A stretch of DNA of 64,000 nucleotides from Minisyncoccota bacterium (GCA_028714635.1 JAQTLZ010000004.1:32354-96353), one strand, 5' to 3'. Positions 50,171 to 59,911 are shown, counted from the first letter of the stretch. A program made the numbers and translations. The notes: generated by a model from the letters alone, not told the origin.

Positions 50171-51442
50171 TTAGGCCATATTTGGGCGGAATCTTGCTAA
50201 GAATTCTTCTTTGAGTTCTTGAAAGTTGCCGTCGATAATCCCCTGTCGAGCTGTTTTTACCAGATTTACAAGAAAATAAATGTTATGAATTGAACCGAGC
50301 GTTCCCGCAAGCATTTCATCAGAGCGGAAAAGGTGCGAAATATAAGCGCGAGAATAATTCTGGCAAGTGTAGCATCCGCAATCTTTTTCGATTGGAGAAA
50401 AATCTTTTGTGAACCGAGCGTTCGTAATCCCCACTCTTCCGTCTTTTGTATAAATAGAACCATTGCGCGCGAGACGAGTCGGAAGCACGCAATCAAAAAG
50501 ATCTACGCCATTTTCAACTCCTTCCCACAAGTCAGTTGGTTCACCGATTCCTAAAAGGTGTCTCGGCTTCTCTTCTGGTAAAATTTCATTCACCCATTTC
50601 ACCGCAGTTCCCATATCTTCTTTGTTAAATGAACCTCCAATTCCAAATCCGTCAAAATCCATTCCACTGATTTGTTTTGCGGAAATTTTTCGCAAATCTT
50701 CGTATCTGCCCCCCTGAACTATTCCGAACAAAGCCTGCTTTTCGGAATGCGGTTGTGATTTGTGGTAATCGAGAGAGCGTTTTGCCCAGCGATGAGTCCT
50801 GTCCATTGCCTCTTTTTGATATTGAAGCGGAGCACTCGGAGATGTACATTCGTCAAAAGCAAAGATCATATCGGCGCCGATGTTGTGCTGAATTTCGATA
50901 GAGCGTTCTGGCGTAAAACGATGCATGCTTCCGTCGCGGTGCGATTTGAACGTTACCCCTTCTTCGTCGATGACTGCGAGTTGTGGTGAGATTTTATTCT
51001 CTTCTTGTTCATTCGTATCATCGTGAAGGTCTTCTGTTTTGGCGAATTTCGTAATACCTTTTTTATACGCAACGCCAAGTGAAAAAACCTGAAATCCTCC
51101 CGAGTCTGTCATGGTGGGTCCGTGCCAGTTCATGAATTTGTGAAGTCCGCCGGCGTCTTTCACCAGTTTGTCTCCGGGTTGAAGATAGAGGTGATAGGTA
51201 TTGGCGAGTACAACTTCTGTCCCGCAAGCCCTCACTTGTTCCACGTTTACTGATTTTATGGTTGCATTTGTCCCCACCACTACATATGCGGGCGTTTCAA
51301 TTTTCCCATGAGGCGTTTCCAAAATACCGGCTCGCCCCAGCTTTCCTTTGAGTTTCTTTTCAATTTTGAATTTTATGGCTCGCATAGTTTTTTGGTGGGG
51401 GGACATAAAAGGCCGTATTGATACGGCCTTTTCCTTATACAA
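50171..51442 (-). CDS. tgt: Queuine tRNA-ribosyltransferase. The true start is probably MRAIKF at 51385.
   Basis: DSGGFQVFSLG motif and the zinc site CxCxxC...H. Confidence 0.9.
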   Translation of the reverse strand: MYKEKAVSIRPFMSPHQKTMRAIKFKIEKKLKGKLGRAGILETPHGKIETPAYVVVGTNATIKSVNVEQVRACGTEVVLANTYHLYLQPGDKLVKDAGGLHKFMNWHGPTMTDSGGFQVFSLGVAYKKGITKFAKTEDLHDDTNEQEENKISPQLAVIDEEGVTFKSHRDGSMHRFTPERSIEIQHNIGADMIFAFDECTSPSAPLQYQKEAMDRTHRWAKRSLDYHKSQPHSEKQALFGIVQGGRYEDLRKISAKQISGMDFDGFGIGGSFNKEDMGTAVKWVNEILPEEKPRHLLGIGEPTDLWEGVENGVDLFDCVLPTRLARNGSIYTKDGRVGITNARFTKDFSPIEKDCGCYTCQNYSRAYISHLFRSDEMLAGTLGSIHNIYFLVNLVKTARQGIIDGNFQELKEEFLARFRPNMA

Positions 51443-51454
51443 TAGAAAAATATT

Positions 51455-51616
51455 CTATTGTGGTAACTGTGCCGTATCGATTGCCGCCGGTGAAATTTCC
51501 GGCATGGCTGAATTTCCCTGGATGCTTTTAAGCACCTGAGGGAATATCATAAAAACTCCCACGATGACAAGAGCAACCACCACTCCAATCCACTCCTTTT
51601 TGCTTAATTTTTTCAT
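51455..51616 (-). CDS. Candidate small membrane protein (53 aa); not in the ORF track.
   Basis: My translation gives MKKLSKKEWIGVVVALVIVGVFMIFPQVLKSIQGNSAMPEISPAAIDTAQLPQ, with one TM helix. A terminator hairpin (aaaaggccgtattgatacggcctttt) follows at 51398-51426. Confidence 0.35.
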   Translation of the reverse strand: MKKLSKKEWIGVVVALVIVGVFMIFPQVLKSIQGNSAMPEISPAAIDTAQLPQ

Positions 51617-51703
51617 GCGATAAAATGAAAAAGGATATTAATATAGTGTAATCATATACTCACAGACTATTTTACGCAATGCATGTTATAGTACCTTCCT
51701 ATG

Positions 51704-51788
51704 AATCCCGTTAGAAGCAACCAATATTTACAAACCATGCATAAACTTAACATTTACCAGATAATCGAAGCTAGCTTCTAACGGGATG
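51704..51788. repeat. 85-bp MITE-like element, copy C, inverted relative to A and B. It ends exactly at the ATG of the pseudouridine synthase gene.
   Basis: atcccgttagaagcaaccaatattt...ataatcgaagctagcttctaacgggATG. Confidence 0.7.
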
Positions 51789-52523
51789 AAGAAATCACTG
51801 CCAAAAGAGCCTGAAATCGCCTATCCAATGCGGATTAATCGCTACTTGGCGCTCCAAGGACACTCAACTCGCCGTGGCGCCGATACTTTAGTTGAACAGA
51901 AAAAGGTGACCATAAATGGCAAAATTGCCGTACTTGGGGATAAGGTGAATAAGGATGATAAGGTGGAAATACAAAATGCGGGCAGAGAGAAAAACAATTA
52001 CGTTTATCTCGCATACAACAAGGCTCCGGGGATTACGACCACAATGCCCCAGCCTGGCGAAAAAGCGATCGTTGATCTTGTAAAATTTCGCACCAAAGTG
52101 TTTCCTGTGGGCCGGCTTGATAAAGAATCTCGTGGGCTCATTATTCTCACAAATGACGGAAGAATTATTGAAAGGCTTTTGAGTCCCGATAAAGATCACG
52201 AAAAAGAATATCAAGTGGTGGTGAATAAGCCGATCACAGAACAATTTATTCAAAGGCTCGAAAAAGGCATCGCTCTTGAAGATTTCACGACTAAGCCTGC
52301 CGTCGTAGAAGAGTTAGACGAAAAAACTCTCACTATTACGATTACCGAAGGGAAACGACATCAAATCCGAAGAATGTGTACCGCATGCGGGTACGAAGTG
52401 AGAGACCTTCAGCGCATTCGTATCATGAATATTCGACTTTCGAATATAAAAGAGGGGCAATACCGGGAACTTAGCGGTAAAGAACTGACTTTGTTTCTCG
52501 AAAGTATTGGATTAAAAAAGTAA
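51786..52523 (+). CDS. rluB: Pseudouridine synthase, RsuA/RluB family (S4 domain plus catalytic domain).
   Basis: RINRYLALQGHSTRRGADTLV S4 domain and the catalytic-Asp motif GRLDKESRGLIILTNDG. Confidence 0.85.
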   Translation: MKKSLPKEPEIAYPMRINRYLALQGHSTRRGADTLVEQKKVTINGKIAVLGDKVNKDDKVEIQNAGREKNNYVYLAYNKAPGITTTMPQPGEKAIVDLVKFRTKVFPVGRLDKESRGLIILTNDGRIIERLLSPDKDHEKEYQVVVNKPITEQFIQRLEKGIALEDFTTKPAVVEELDEKTLTITITEGKRHQIRRMCTACGYEVRDLQRIRIMNIRLSNIKEGQYRELSGKELTLFLESIGLKK

Positions 52524-52544
52524 TTCTTGATAAAATAAAATCCA

Positions 52545-53240
52545 ATGGCAACCGATAACAACACCGAGGCTCTTGTTTCTTTCATAGACAAGATCAAACA
52601 TCACGCACATGTCACAGCGAAAGACCGTGTGTCTGAAATTGATAACGAATTCTTGAGGGGCTTCGAATTCGTTGCTCAATATCCGAAAACTGTCACTATC
52701 TATGGAGGAACGAAGATTCAAGAAGGAACTGTCTATTACGAAAAGGCTCGGATTTTGGGAAAAAGAATTGTTGAAGAAACCAACTGCGCGGTTGTCACAG
52801 GTGGAGGCCCCGGGATTATGGAAGCGGCCAACAGGGGCGCAAAGGATGCAAATGGAGATTCGATAGGCATCACTATCCGGCTCCCCCACGAACAGGCAAC
52901 AAATCAATACGTTACCGATAGTGTTGATTTTTATTATTTTTTTGTCCGACGATTTATTCTCTCCTTCACGGCTAAATGCTGTATCTTTTTTCCTGGGGGC
53001 TTCGGTACGCTCGATGAATTTTTTGAGATATTAACGCTTCGACAAACGCATAAAATTTCTCCAGTGCCGATTGTTCTTTTTGGCTCGGAATACTGGCAAC
53101 CCCTTGAGAAACTTTTCCGTGCTACCCTTTTGGAAAAATACGGCACGATCCGAGCCGAAGATTTGCTCATTTATAGCATTACAGATGATGAAGACCAGAT
53201 CATCGAAATAATAAAAAAAGCACACCTAAGAGGACAGTAA
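52545..53240 (+). CDS. LOG-family protein (TIGR00730; cytokinin riboside 5'-monophosphate phosphoribohydrolase-like).
   Basis: TGGGPGIMEAANRGA and PGGFGTLDEFFE motifs. Confidence 0.8.
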   Translation: MATDNNTEALVSFIDKIKHHAHVTAKDRVSEIDNEFLRGFEFVAQYPKTVTIYGGTKIQEGTVYYEKARILGKRIVEETNCAVVTGGGPGIMEAANRGAKDANGDSIGITIRLPHEQATNQYVTDSVDFYYFFVRRFILSFTAKCCIFFPGGFGTLDEFFEILTLRQTHKISPVPIVLFGSEYWQPLEKLFRATLLEKYGTIRAEDLLIYSITDDEDQIIEIIKKAHLRGQ

Positions 53241-53247
53241 AGTCACT

Positions 53248-53562
53248 CGCCCACACCTTTTGGGAAACAGCTGCCACTGGTTCTCTGATTGCGGAATAGT
53301 CACTTTTCTACTTCGGAAAACGTGAAAACTCGCCCGCCTGTAAGGCGAGGCTCAGACAGTTCAATTTTCCGGAAAAGCTCGTGATTTTTGCCACACAAAA
53401 ATCACGTCAGAAGATTTTTAGCCGAAGGCGCAAAAATTTCTGACGCTTGCGTTGCACATCTCCTTACAGGAGCGGTACACCTTTCGCTTTCTGAGTACAG
53501 AACGCTCAAGGTCTTGCGGTGCTCCGCACCTCGCCCAGTGAGTTTCCCAAAAGGTGTGGGGC
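53248..53562. repeat. ~315-bp GC-rich noncoding element bounded by 19-bp perfect terminal inverted repeats (CCCACACCTTTTGGGAAAC). It has several internal hairpins. A MITE or a structured RNA are both possible.
   Basis: Left TIR at 53250-53268 and its reverse complement at 53543-53562. Internal perfect hairpin cgtgatttttg-ccaca-caaaaatcacg. Confidence 0.55.
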
Positions 53563-53584
53563 TCGCTTGGGTGGTAAGGAATTC

Positions 53585-53968
53585 CTAGAAAGAAAGCGGC
53601 CAAGGAGTCGGAAACGAGAGAAGCATAAGTACTGCTCCGAGAAGAGCAATGTTTCTTAAGAAGTTGCTAACCTGTATTCTTCTCTGAAGGGGGTCAGTTT
53701 CCTTCCAAAATTGATGCATGATGAAAGTTACAGGAATAAGAAAGACGATAAGACAGACAAGCGACCAGACTGGAGAAATACCGAGAATAACTCCGGCTCC
53801 TCCCAAAAGGATGAGTATGCCCGTAGCATACACGGCAATTTTAGGGCTTGGCACATGACGATTTGATGCACGAGCGACTAAAACAGCTGATTGTGTAAAA
53901 TGGCCGATTCCTTTGTAAAGAAAGTAGCCTCCAAACAACACTCGTCCCAAAAGAAATAGTAAATCCAT
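53585..53968 (-). CDS. DoxX-family membrane protein.
   Basis: MDLLFLLGRVLFGGYFLYKGIGHF... with four TM helices. Confidence 0.75.
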   Translation of the reverse strand: MDLLFLLGRVLFGGYFLYKGIGHFTQSAVLVARASNRHVPSPKIAVYATGILILLGGAGVILGISPVWSLVCLIVFLIPVTFIMHQFWKETDPLQRRIQVSNFLRNIALLGAVLMLLSFPTPWPLSF

Positions 53969-54028
53969 ACGCTCTAATAGTTAAGAAAGCCTTATAATAA
54001 GCTGTATCCTTCTATTTTAGTCCTCAAG

Positions 54029-54673
54029 TTAGCGCAAAGCAAGCAGTAAGTATTGGAACAAATATGCACCTAATATCGGTAAAAGAAGGTTATCGAGGCC
54101 GTTTATCGAGAAAAGTTCGACAAAAGTTAGGAAAAAGGCAATGAAAAGCCCGGCAATAATCGCTAAAAATGAAGTTGGAGCAAGAAAAGCGATGATAAGG
54201 ATGACGGTTGTGACAAAAAAGGCACCGCTTCCCTCGATACTTTTTTGATGTCCCCAGATTTTTAATTTATGAGAGCCAAACTCTATTCCAACAATGCTCG
54301 CCAATGCGTCAGAAAACCCAAGGACTAAAACTCCAAATTGAGCCGAAAGTACGTGATTTGGAAGAAAGAAATAAGCCAAAAGTCCAAGAGAAAGCGGGAA
54401 ATAAATTTCGCCCCACGTTTTGCGGGATACTCCATGGATACTTCCAAATAATCCGAGTGTTTTCGTGACAAAAACAATTCCAATAAATAAAACCGACAGA
54501 ACAATAAGTTCCCGGCGGGTAAGAAGATACGGCAGAAAAAAGGCAAAGACACCCGAAAACATATGGGCGATCTTCCGTGTTATATCCGCTGAAAAATGAA
54601 AATGCTTCTTGCAAGCTTCTGAAACAAGAAGTATAAGAAGAAATCCGAGCGATGCGAGAATTATGTGCAGCAT
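54029..54673 (-). CDS. Polyprenol/dolichol-kinase-like or CTP-transferase-superfamily membrane protein.
   Basis: Polytopic, with KIAHMFSGVFAF and KSIEGSGAFFVT motifs reminiscent of the CdsA/dolichol-kinase superfamily. Confidence 0.45.
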   Translation of the reverse strand: MLHIILASLGFLLILLVSEACKKHFHFSADITRKIAHMFSGVFAFFLPYLLTRRELIVLSVLFIGIVFVTKTLGLFGSIHGVSRKTWGEIYFPLSLGLLAYFFLPNHVLSAQFGVLVLGFSDALASIVGIEFGSHKLKIWGHQKSIEGSGAFFVTTVILIIAFLAPTSFLAIIAGLFIAFFLTFVELFSINGLDNLLLPILGAYLFQYLLLALR

Positions 54674-54674
54674 A

Positions 54675-55574
54675 TCAGCCAGTCACAGTAAGCGAGAGCG
54701 ATATTACTCCGAGAACTGCGAGAATGACGCCGAGCACTTGATGCCGATTAAGCGTTTCTTTATTCACAGAGACGCCGAGTAGCACTGCCATCACAATGTA
54801 GCTTTCGGCTATTGAGGTCGCGATACTGATTGGAATAAGGGTCATTGCAAACGCGTAGGCAAGCCAGGCGATGTTGTCAAAAAGGCTTTCTTCAAGAATG
54901 ACTTTCGAGTGCCTTCTCATGTCGTTTGGCAAGCTTCTCCATTCCCCTTTTGCAAAAAGGTATACGAAGGTTGCAATGGTTAAGAAAAAATTGATGAACC
55001 AGATTGTCATAAGCGGAGAAATAAGCTGGCTCCCTACTCCAGTCAGGAAATTGGTAAGAGCCATCGCCAAAGTTCCAAGAATTGCGATGAAGACTCCTTT
55101 CTCCCAAATAATCCGATTATAACGAAAAGAACCTCGGACCATAACTGAAAGGATTATTCCGATGAAGATAGCGCCGATCAGAAGACTTTGGGTGAGACTT
55201 AAAATATCGTGCCCAGAGATAACGGCCAGGAAGACAGTAAAAGGAATTCCGAGACCGAACACAGGCTCGACAACGGCGATCTTCCCTCGTTTCAGGGCCT
55301 CAAAATCGAGTAAAGCAGCGAGAAAGACAGATGCTCCGAGAATGACAAGAAGGATGAGGCTTTGCGGGCTTAGAAAAATCTTTTGCACCTCAACCCAGAC
55401 AAAAGGCAACTCCAAGACCATTCCGAAAAAACTTATGAAAAAAAGGGATTTCCAAATACCCACTATTCGGGTTGATTTCTGGATATAAAAATCGCCAACG
55501 CTCCAGAGAAGAAGTGTTGAGACTGACAAAAGAACTCCGAGGGAATTCTGCATGGATCTATTATACCCAGGCAC
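54675..55574 (-). CDS. EamA/DMT-superfamily transporter.
   Basis: About 10 TM helices arranged as a duplicated EamA domain. Confidence 0.7.
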   Translation of the reverse strand: MPGYNRSMQNSLGVLLSVSTLLLWSVGDFYIQKSTRIVGIWKSLFFISFFGMVLELPFVWVEVQKIFLSPQSLILLVILGASVFLAALLDFEALKRGKIAVVEPVFGLGIPFTVFLAVISGHDILSLTQSLLIGAIFIGIILSVMVRGSFRYNRIIWEKGVFIAILGTLAMALTNFLTGVGSQLISPLMTIWFINFFLTIATFVYLFAKGEWRSLPNDMRRHSKVILEESLFDNIAWLAYAFAMTLIPISIATSIAESYIVMAVLLGVSVNKETLNRHQVLGVILAVLGVISLSLTVTG

Positions 55575-55624
55575 TAACTTTTTGGAAAGTTAGTGCCTGG
55601 GTATACCCGTGTAAAAAAGGAGAG

Positions 55625-56953
55625 TTACTTTTTCACCAGAGGAAATACAAGCCGTAAGTCAGCTTTCATTTTTCGAAGAGAAAGCTTGTAGCCAGAAAAT
55701 GCTTTCAGTATCGAATCTCTTCGTGTTTTCACGAGAGCGTCGAAGGTGGGAGCTGTTTTAGAGAGAGAAGTTTGATTTGTTTTAAGGCTGGCTTCTGCGG
55801 CATTCAGAGCTTTTATAAGATTTGATTGGGTCGTGTCTTTTGAAATGGAACTTGCGCAATCGGTCTGCGCCTTCTGAAATGCGCCCTGTACAGACGTTCC
55901 GAAGTTTTGGAGTGCGGTTAAGCTCGCGGTTTTCTTCGCGTCAGTCAAACTTGCTACCGCATCTCCAAAAACTTTAACAGCCCCATCTACGGCAACAAGG
56001 CGTGCTGCGCGAGCTTTTTCTACGGCCTGTTGGAAGTCAGAAATTGCTTGTTTTTGTTCGGTTGTTGAGGCGGCATCTGAAAATGAAAGCACTTGGGATG
56101 CGAAGGACGCTTCGGCAGCATCTCTCTTGTCTTTTAATTCTTGAGTTGTGCTCGCCAGTTTTTGCTCCTGTTTTTCCTGTTCAAGATTATATGCGGTTTC
56201 GAACTTTACCTGTTTCCCGCTAATTTGTGCATTCGCATCAGCGCTTGCGGCTGAAATTCGCTCACAAACTCCCTTATCTGTCTCATTCGCATCTATAATT
56301 GTGCCCGTATCCAAGAGAGCCGACGCAGAAACTGGAGTCATTGCCTCTACTGTTGCTGTCACACTGCTCAATTCATCCTCTGTTTCTTTATCCAAGTCAT
56401 TGAAGATCTCATCGATAGTTACGGGATTTTCCATTGCGGATTTTGTGAGAAAAGCTTGCGTGGCTTCGGAAGAAGGAAGAATGGTGTTTGTAGTTGGGGT
56501 ACTTCCGGGTTTAAGAATAAGAAAAAGAAAGAGGACAACGGCCACCGCACCAACAGGCAGAAAGATTTTTTTATTCAAGAAGGTGTCTTTTAATTTAGAA
56601 ATGTCGAAAATAGGACGCTCTTTTATTTTTTTCTTCAAACCCTCGTCAGAAATCGGAGGAACCTCTGTGGCGGCAGCAATTTTCTCTGCGTGAGGTACGT
56701 GAGCCAAAATGGTGCGAAGGAGAAGTGGCGAGGGAGAAATACTTTTGCCCTCGTTTTCTACCCAAGCCAAACATTCAAGGATCTCTTCCAGTTCCTCTTT
56801 ATTACCGTTTGGAACAAGCCGAGAGATGATCTCTTGGTTCACTTTGCCCGCCTCGTGCATTTCGAGGGCTTTCGCTATTAGATTTTCGTCAATTTCTTTT
56901 TTAGGAGCTGCCATAGAATTATTTTTTTTCTTCACCACTGCCGGAAAGCTCAA
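55625..56953 (-). CDS. Putative anti-sigma factor: a cytoplasmic N-terminal domain, one TM helix and an extracytoplasmic domain. The likely start is MAAPKK at 56914.
   Basis: It is immediately downstream of, and overlapping, the ECF sigma gene, and it is bitopic (LPVGAVAVVLFLFLILKP). The assignment rests on context only. Confidence 0.4.
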   Translation of the reverse strand: MSFPAVVKKKNNSMAAPKKEIDENLIAKALEMHEAGKVNQEIISRLVPNGNKEELEEILECLAWVENEGKSISPSPLLLRTILAHVPHAEKIAAATEVPPISDEGLKKKIKERPIFDISKLKDTFLNKKIFLPVGAVAVVLFLFLILKPGSTPTTNTILPSSEATQAFLTKSAMENPVTIDEIFNDLDKETEDELSSVTATVEAMTPVSASALLDTGTIIDANETDKGVCERISAASADANAQISGKQVKFETAYNLEQEKQEQKLASTTQELKDKRDAAEASFASQVLSFSDAASTTEQKQAISDFQQAVEKARAARLVAVDGAVKVFGDAVASLTDAKKTASLTALQNFGTSVQGAFQKAQTDCASSISKDTTQSNLIKALNAAEASLKTNQTSLSKTAPTFDALVKTRRDSILKAFSGYKLSLRKMKADLRLVFPLVKK

Positions 56954-57500
56954 GAAGGATCACTCGCAGTGATTTGAGCCCCCTCGACTGAAGTTGTCGG
57001 ACTGATTCTTCCGTTCTTTCCATATGTTTCGCGATCTCTTTATTCGGAATTTCGTTTAAAAATCTCATTGAAATAGCTTCCCGCTCATCTTGCTTTAACA
57101 TATTCACCGCCTTGTACAAAAGAGCTTTTGTTTCTTGTTTTTCGTACGATTGCTCCGGATTATCAGCGGTATCTGGAACTACCAGCATAAGGTCTTCCTT
57201 TCCGAACGAAATCTTATTTCTATCTTTTCGCCAATGGTCAATGATGGTATTTCTCGCGACTGTAAAGAAATACGAAAGCGGAGATGCTCCTTTAGATTGA
57301 AACTGGCCGAGCGAACTATATACTTTTATAAAAACATCTTGGGTAAGCATCTCAACGAGCTTCTTGTCTTTTACCCGAAGATAGACATATCGATAGACTG
57401 GCGTAAAGAAAAGGCGGTACACTTCTTCAAAAGCATGCTTATCGCCTTTTTTCGCCTCCTCTAACAGCGTTCGGGTATTTTCATCATCGGTGCGTCTCAT
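56919..57500 (-). CDS. RNA polymerase sigma factor, ECF (sigma-24) subfamily.
   Basis: Region 2 (FTPVYRYVYLRVKDKKLVEMLTQDVFIKVY...IIDHWRK) and region 4 (AISMRFLNEIPNKEIAKHMERTEESVRQLQSRGLKSL). Confidence 0.85.
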   Translation of the reverse strand: MRRTDDENTRTLLEEAKKGDKHAFEEVYRLFFTPVYRYVYLRVKDKKLVEMLTQDVFIKVYSSLGQFQSKGASPLSYFFTVARNTIIDHWRKDRNKISFGKEDLMLVVPDTADNPEQSYEKQETKALLYKAVNMLKQDEREAISMRFLNEIPNKEIAKHMERTEESVRQLQSRGLKSLRVILLELSGSGEEKK

Positions 57501-57542
57501 AGAATAACGTTAAAAATTTTAGTACGTGACAATTTCTTGTGT

Positions 57543-58235
57543 TTATATCTCGTATACGACATCCTTCCTTTCCACGACAACTCTCCATTTTGAGCGTTTT
57601 GCCTGCTTCCAAAGCATCGAATTTGGGTTAAAACATATTGGTTTAGCCACCATTTCCAAAAACGGAATATCGCTTTCAGTGTCTCCAACTCCGACAGAAT
57701 TTTCGAGGGTCAGATTTTCTTTAAGTACCGCCCTGCGCACAATATTGGCCTTATTGCTTATGAGATGTTCGTCCGTTACCGCACCAGTCAATTTGTCCGA
57801 AGGCCCAGTCTCATAAATCCTGCCATACACTTTATCAAATCCGAGCGGAATACAAAACTTATCGAGAATTGTTTTCGGAGACTGTGAGATGGCGAGAAGG
57901 TAGTAACCTTTCTTTTTCAAATCTTTGATGAGGTCTCGGGTAAAGCGATAATTTTTGTCTTTGTGCCGGGCGATTACTTCTGTGCAAGCATCGTCAAATT
58001 CTTTATAAGAAACGCCTTTAATATTTGCGACAAAAACTTTTATGATAGCCTGAATGTAGGCTTCATAATCCCCTTTTCTCTCAAGCCAATGTAAACGCTC
58101 TCGTTCGTAATCTACCCGCACAGACTCCTGAAAAAGCCCCTTTTCTATCATTATTTCCACCAATTCGATAAGGAGGCTAGAGCGAAATATCGTTCCGTCT
58201 ACATCAAAAATGGCGACTTTTCGGCCGGTGCTCAT
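57543..58235 (-). CDS. HAD-superfamily hydrolase (HAD-IB / phosphoserine-phosphatase-like).
   Basis: IFDVDGTI motif I and the downstream GDTESD motif. Confidence 0.75.
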   Translation of the reverse strand: MSTGRKVAIFDVDGTIFRSSLLIELVEIMIEKGLFQESVRVDYERERLHWLERKGDYEAYIQAIIKVFVANIKGVSYKEFDDACTEVIARHKDKNYRFTRDLIKDLKKKGYYLLAISQSPKTILDKFCIPLGFDKVYGRIYETGPSDKLTGAVTDEHLISNKANIVRRAVLKENLTLENSVGVGDTESDIPFLEMVAKPICFNPNSMLWKQAKRSKWRVVVERKDVVYEI

Positions 58236-58247
58236 AAACCCATACTA

Positions 58248-59567
58248 TCACAAAAACGAGCCTCTATCTCGCATTGCGGCCGCGATTTTTTCTACCGCCA
58301 CGAAATATGCTGCGTTACGAAGGGTCAACTTTTTCTCTTTTGAAAGGCGCCAGACGCTTTCAAAAGCTTTGAGCATGATCGGCTTCAGCTTGTCTCGAAC
58401 CTCTTCTTCAGTCCATCTTTGGCCAGTAATATTTTGTACCCACTCAAAATAGGAAACCGTTACTCCCCCAGCGTTTGCCAAAACATCCGGTACAACAATC
58501 GCCCGCTTTTTCGCCAAGATAAGATCGGCTTCTGGCGTTGTCGGATCATTTGCGAGTTCGAGAATGATTTTCGCTTTGACGTTTTTAGCATTTTTCGCAT
58601 CGATCGCATTGTCGAGAGCAGCAGGAATCAGAATATCACAGGGGCACGTTACGAAATCTTTTTCACTATAGATCTTCGCTTCATCGTGCATAAGTTTATC
58701 CATATCGCACACAGTTCCCTTGCAATAAAATTCAGTGACAGCATTACGCTCTTCTTTCACCGCATTTACTTCTTCCGGATCAAGTCCGCGAGCGCTCCAA
58801 ATTCCTCCTTTACTATCAGAAAGACCCACAATTCTATAGCCAAGTCCGTGTAAAATTGATGCCGCATGATATCCAGCATTTCCAAATCCTTGCACTGCAA
58901 CGCGCAGATCTTTTCTCCTTAAACCAAGTGTATTTACAAGTTCCTCCAAAACGTACACGCCCCCTTGTGCGGTTGCGGTGTCACGCCCCAGACTTCCTCC
59001 AAGAGAAAGCGGTTTGCCCGTGATCATTCCGGGATCGCTGTAACCGACAATCTTTTCATATTCATCAAGCATGTATGACATAATCGCGCCGTTGGTGTAG
59101 ACATCTGGAGCTGGAATATCTTTTCTGCTTCCGACATGCTCTGCCATCGCCCTCATCCACGCGCGGGAAACAGCTTCAATTTCTTTTGAGGAGTATTGCT
59201 TGGGATCAAATTCTACTCCGCCCTTGCCTCCTCCCATCGGAATTCCCACAACCGCACATTTTACTGCCATTCCTAAAGCGAGTGCTTTTACTTCATTCAA
59301 ATTTGCCTTTGGATGAAAACGGATGCCACCTTTATAAGGACCGCGAGCATTATTAAACTGAACTCGGTAGGCTTTGAGGCTCTCGATCTGGCCATTGTCG
59401 CGCTCGATTTCGATATCTTTTTCGATGACATTATTGGGTGTTGAAAGAGTCTTGAATTCCTTGCCAGAAAGACCCAAAAGGGTCGAGGCGCTCTTAAGCC
59501 TTACGAGATAGTTGTTGAACGGTGAATTGGCCATAAAATGAAGGATTAATTGATTAATTATAGGCAA
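58248..59567 (-). CDS. gdhA: Glutamate dehydrogenase.
   Basis: KGGIRFHP...GGGKGG motifs. Confidence 0.9.
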   Translation of the reverse strand: MPIINQLILHFMANSPFNNYLVRLKSASTLLGLSGKEFKTLSTPNNVIEKDIEIERDNGQIESLKAYRVQFNNARGPYKGGIRFHPKANLNEVKALALGMAVKCAVVGIPMGGGKGGVEFDPKQYSSKEIEAVSRAWMRAMAEHVGSRKDIPAPDVYTNGAIMSYMLDEYEKIVGYSDPGMITGKPLSLGGSLGRDTATAQGGVYVLEELVNTLGLRRKDLRVAVQGFGNAGYHAASILHGLGYRIVGLSDSKGGIWSARGLDPEEVNAVKEERNAVTEFYCKGTVCDMDKLMHDEAKIYSEKDFVTCPCDILIPAALDNAIDAKNAKNVKAKIILELANDPTTPEADLILAKKRAIVVPDVLANAGGVTVSYFEWVQNITGQRWTEEEVRDKLKPIMLKAFESVWRLSKEKKLTLRNAAYFVAVEKIAAAMRDRGSFL

Positions 59568-59677
59568 ACATTATATACCGAAATGGCGGGAATGCGAGTG
59601 GTTACAGCAAAAATTTTGTGTCTTAAAAATAGTCTGGTATAATGAGTACTCTTTTACTAATCTTATCTCACACTTCT

Positions 59678-59911
59678 ATGAAAGACGTAATAATCTACTC
59701 AACTCCAACCTGCCACTTCTGTCATATGGCGAAAGATTTTTTCAACGCAAATGGCGTAAAATTTACCGATAAAAATGCTGCGAGTGATATGACTGCGCGC
59801 AAAGAAGCAGTTGAAAAATCAGGACAAATGGGAGTGCCTGTTATTGATATTGGAGGAAAAATAATCGTCGGCTTTAACGAACCAGAACTCCGAAAGGCTC
59901 TTAGTCTCTAA
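59678..59911 (+). CDS. Glutaredoxin-like protein (NrdH/YruB type).
   Basis: CHFC active site within IIYSTPTCHFCHMAKDF, and GVPVI...G. The start is trimmed to MKDVIIY. Confidence 0.75.
   Translation: MKDVIIYSTPTCHFCHMAKDFFNANGVKFTDKNAASDMTARKEAVEKSGQMGVPVIDIGGKIIVGFNEPELRKALSL

Noticed and set aside
53388-53603. 66-aa and 61-aa overlapping ORFs inside the TIR-bounded element.
   Set aside because: They are short and mutually overlapping within a highly structured inverted-repeat element. There is no SD, so noncoding is more likely.
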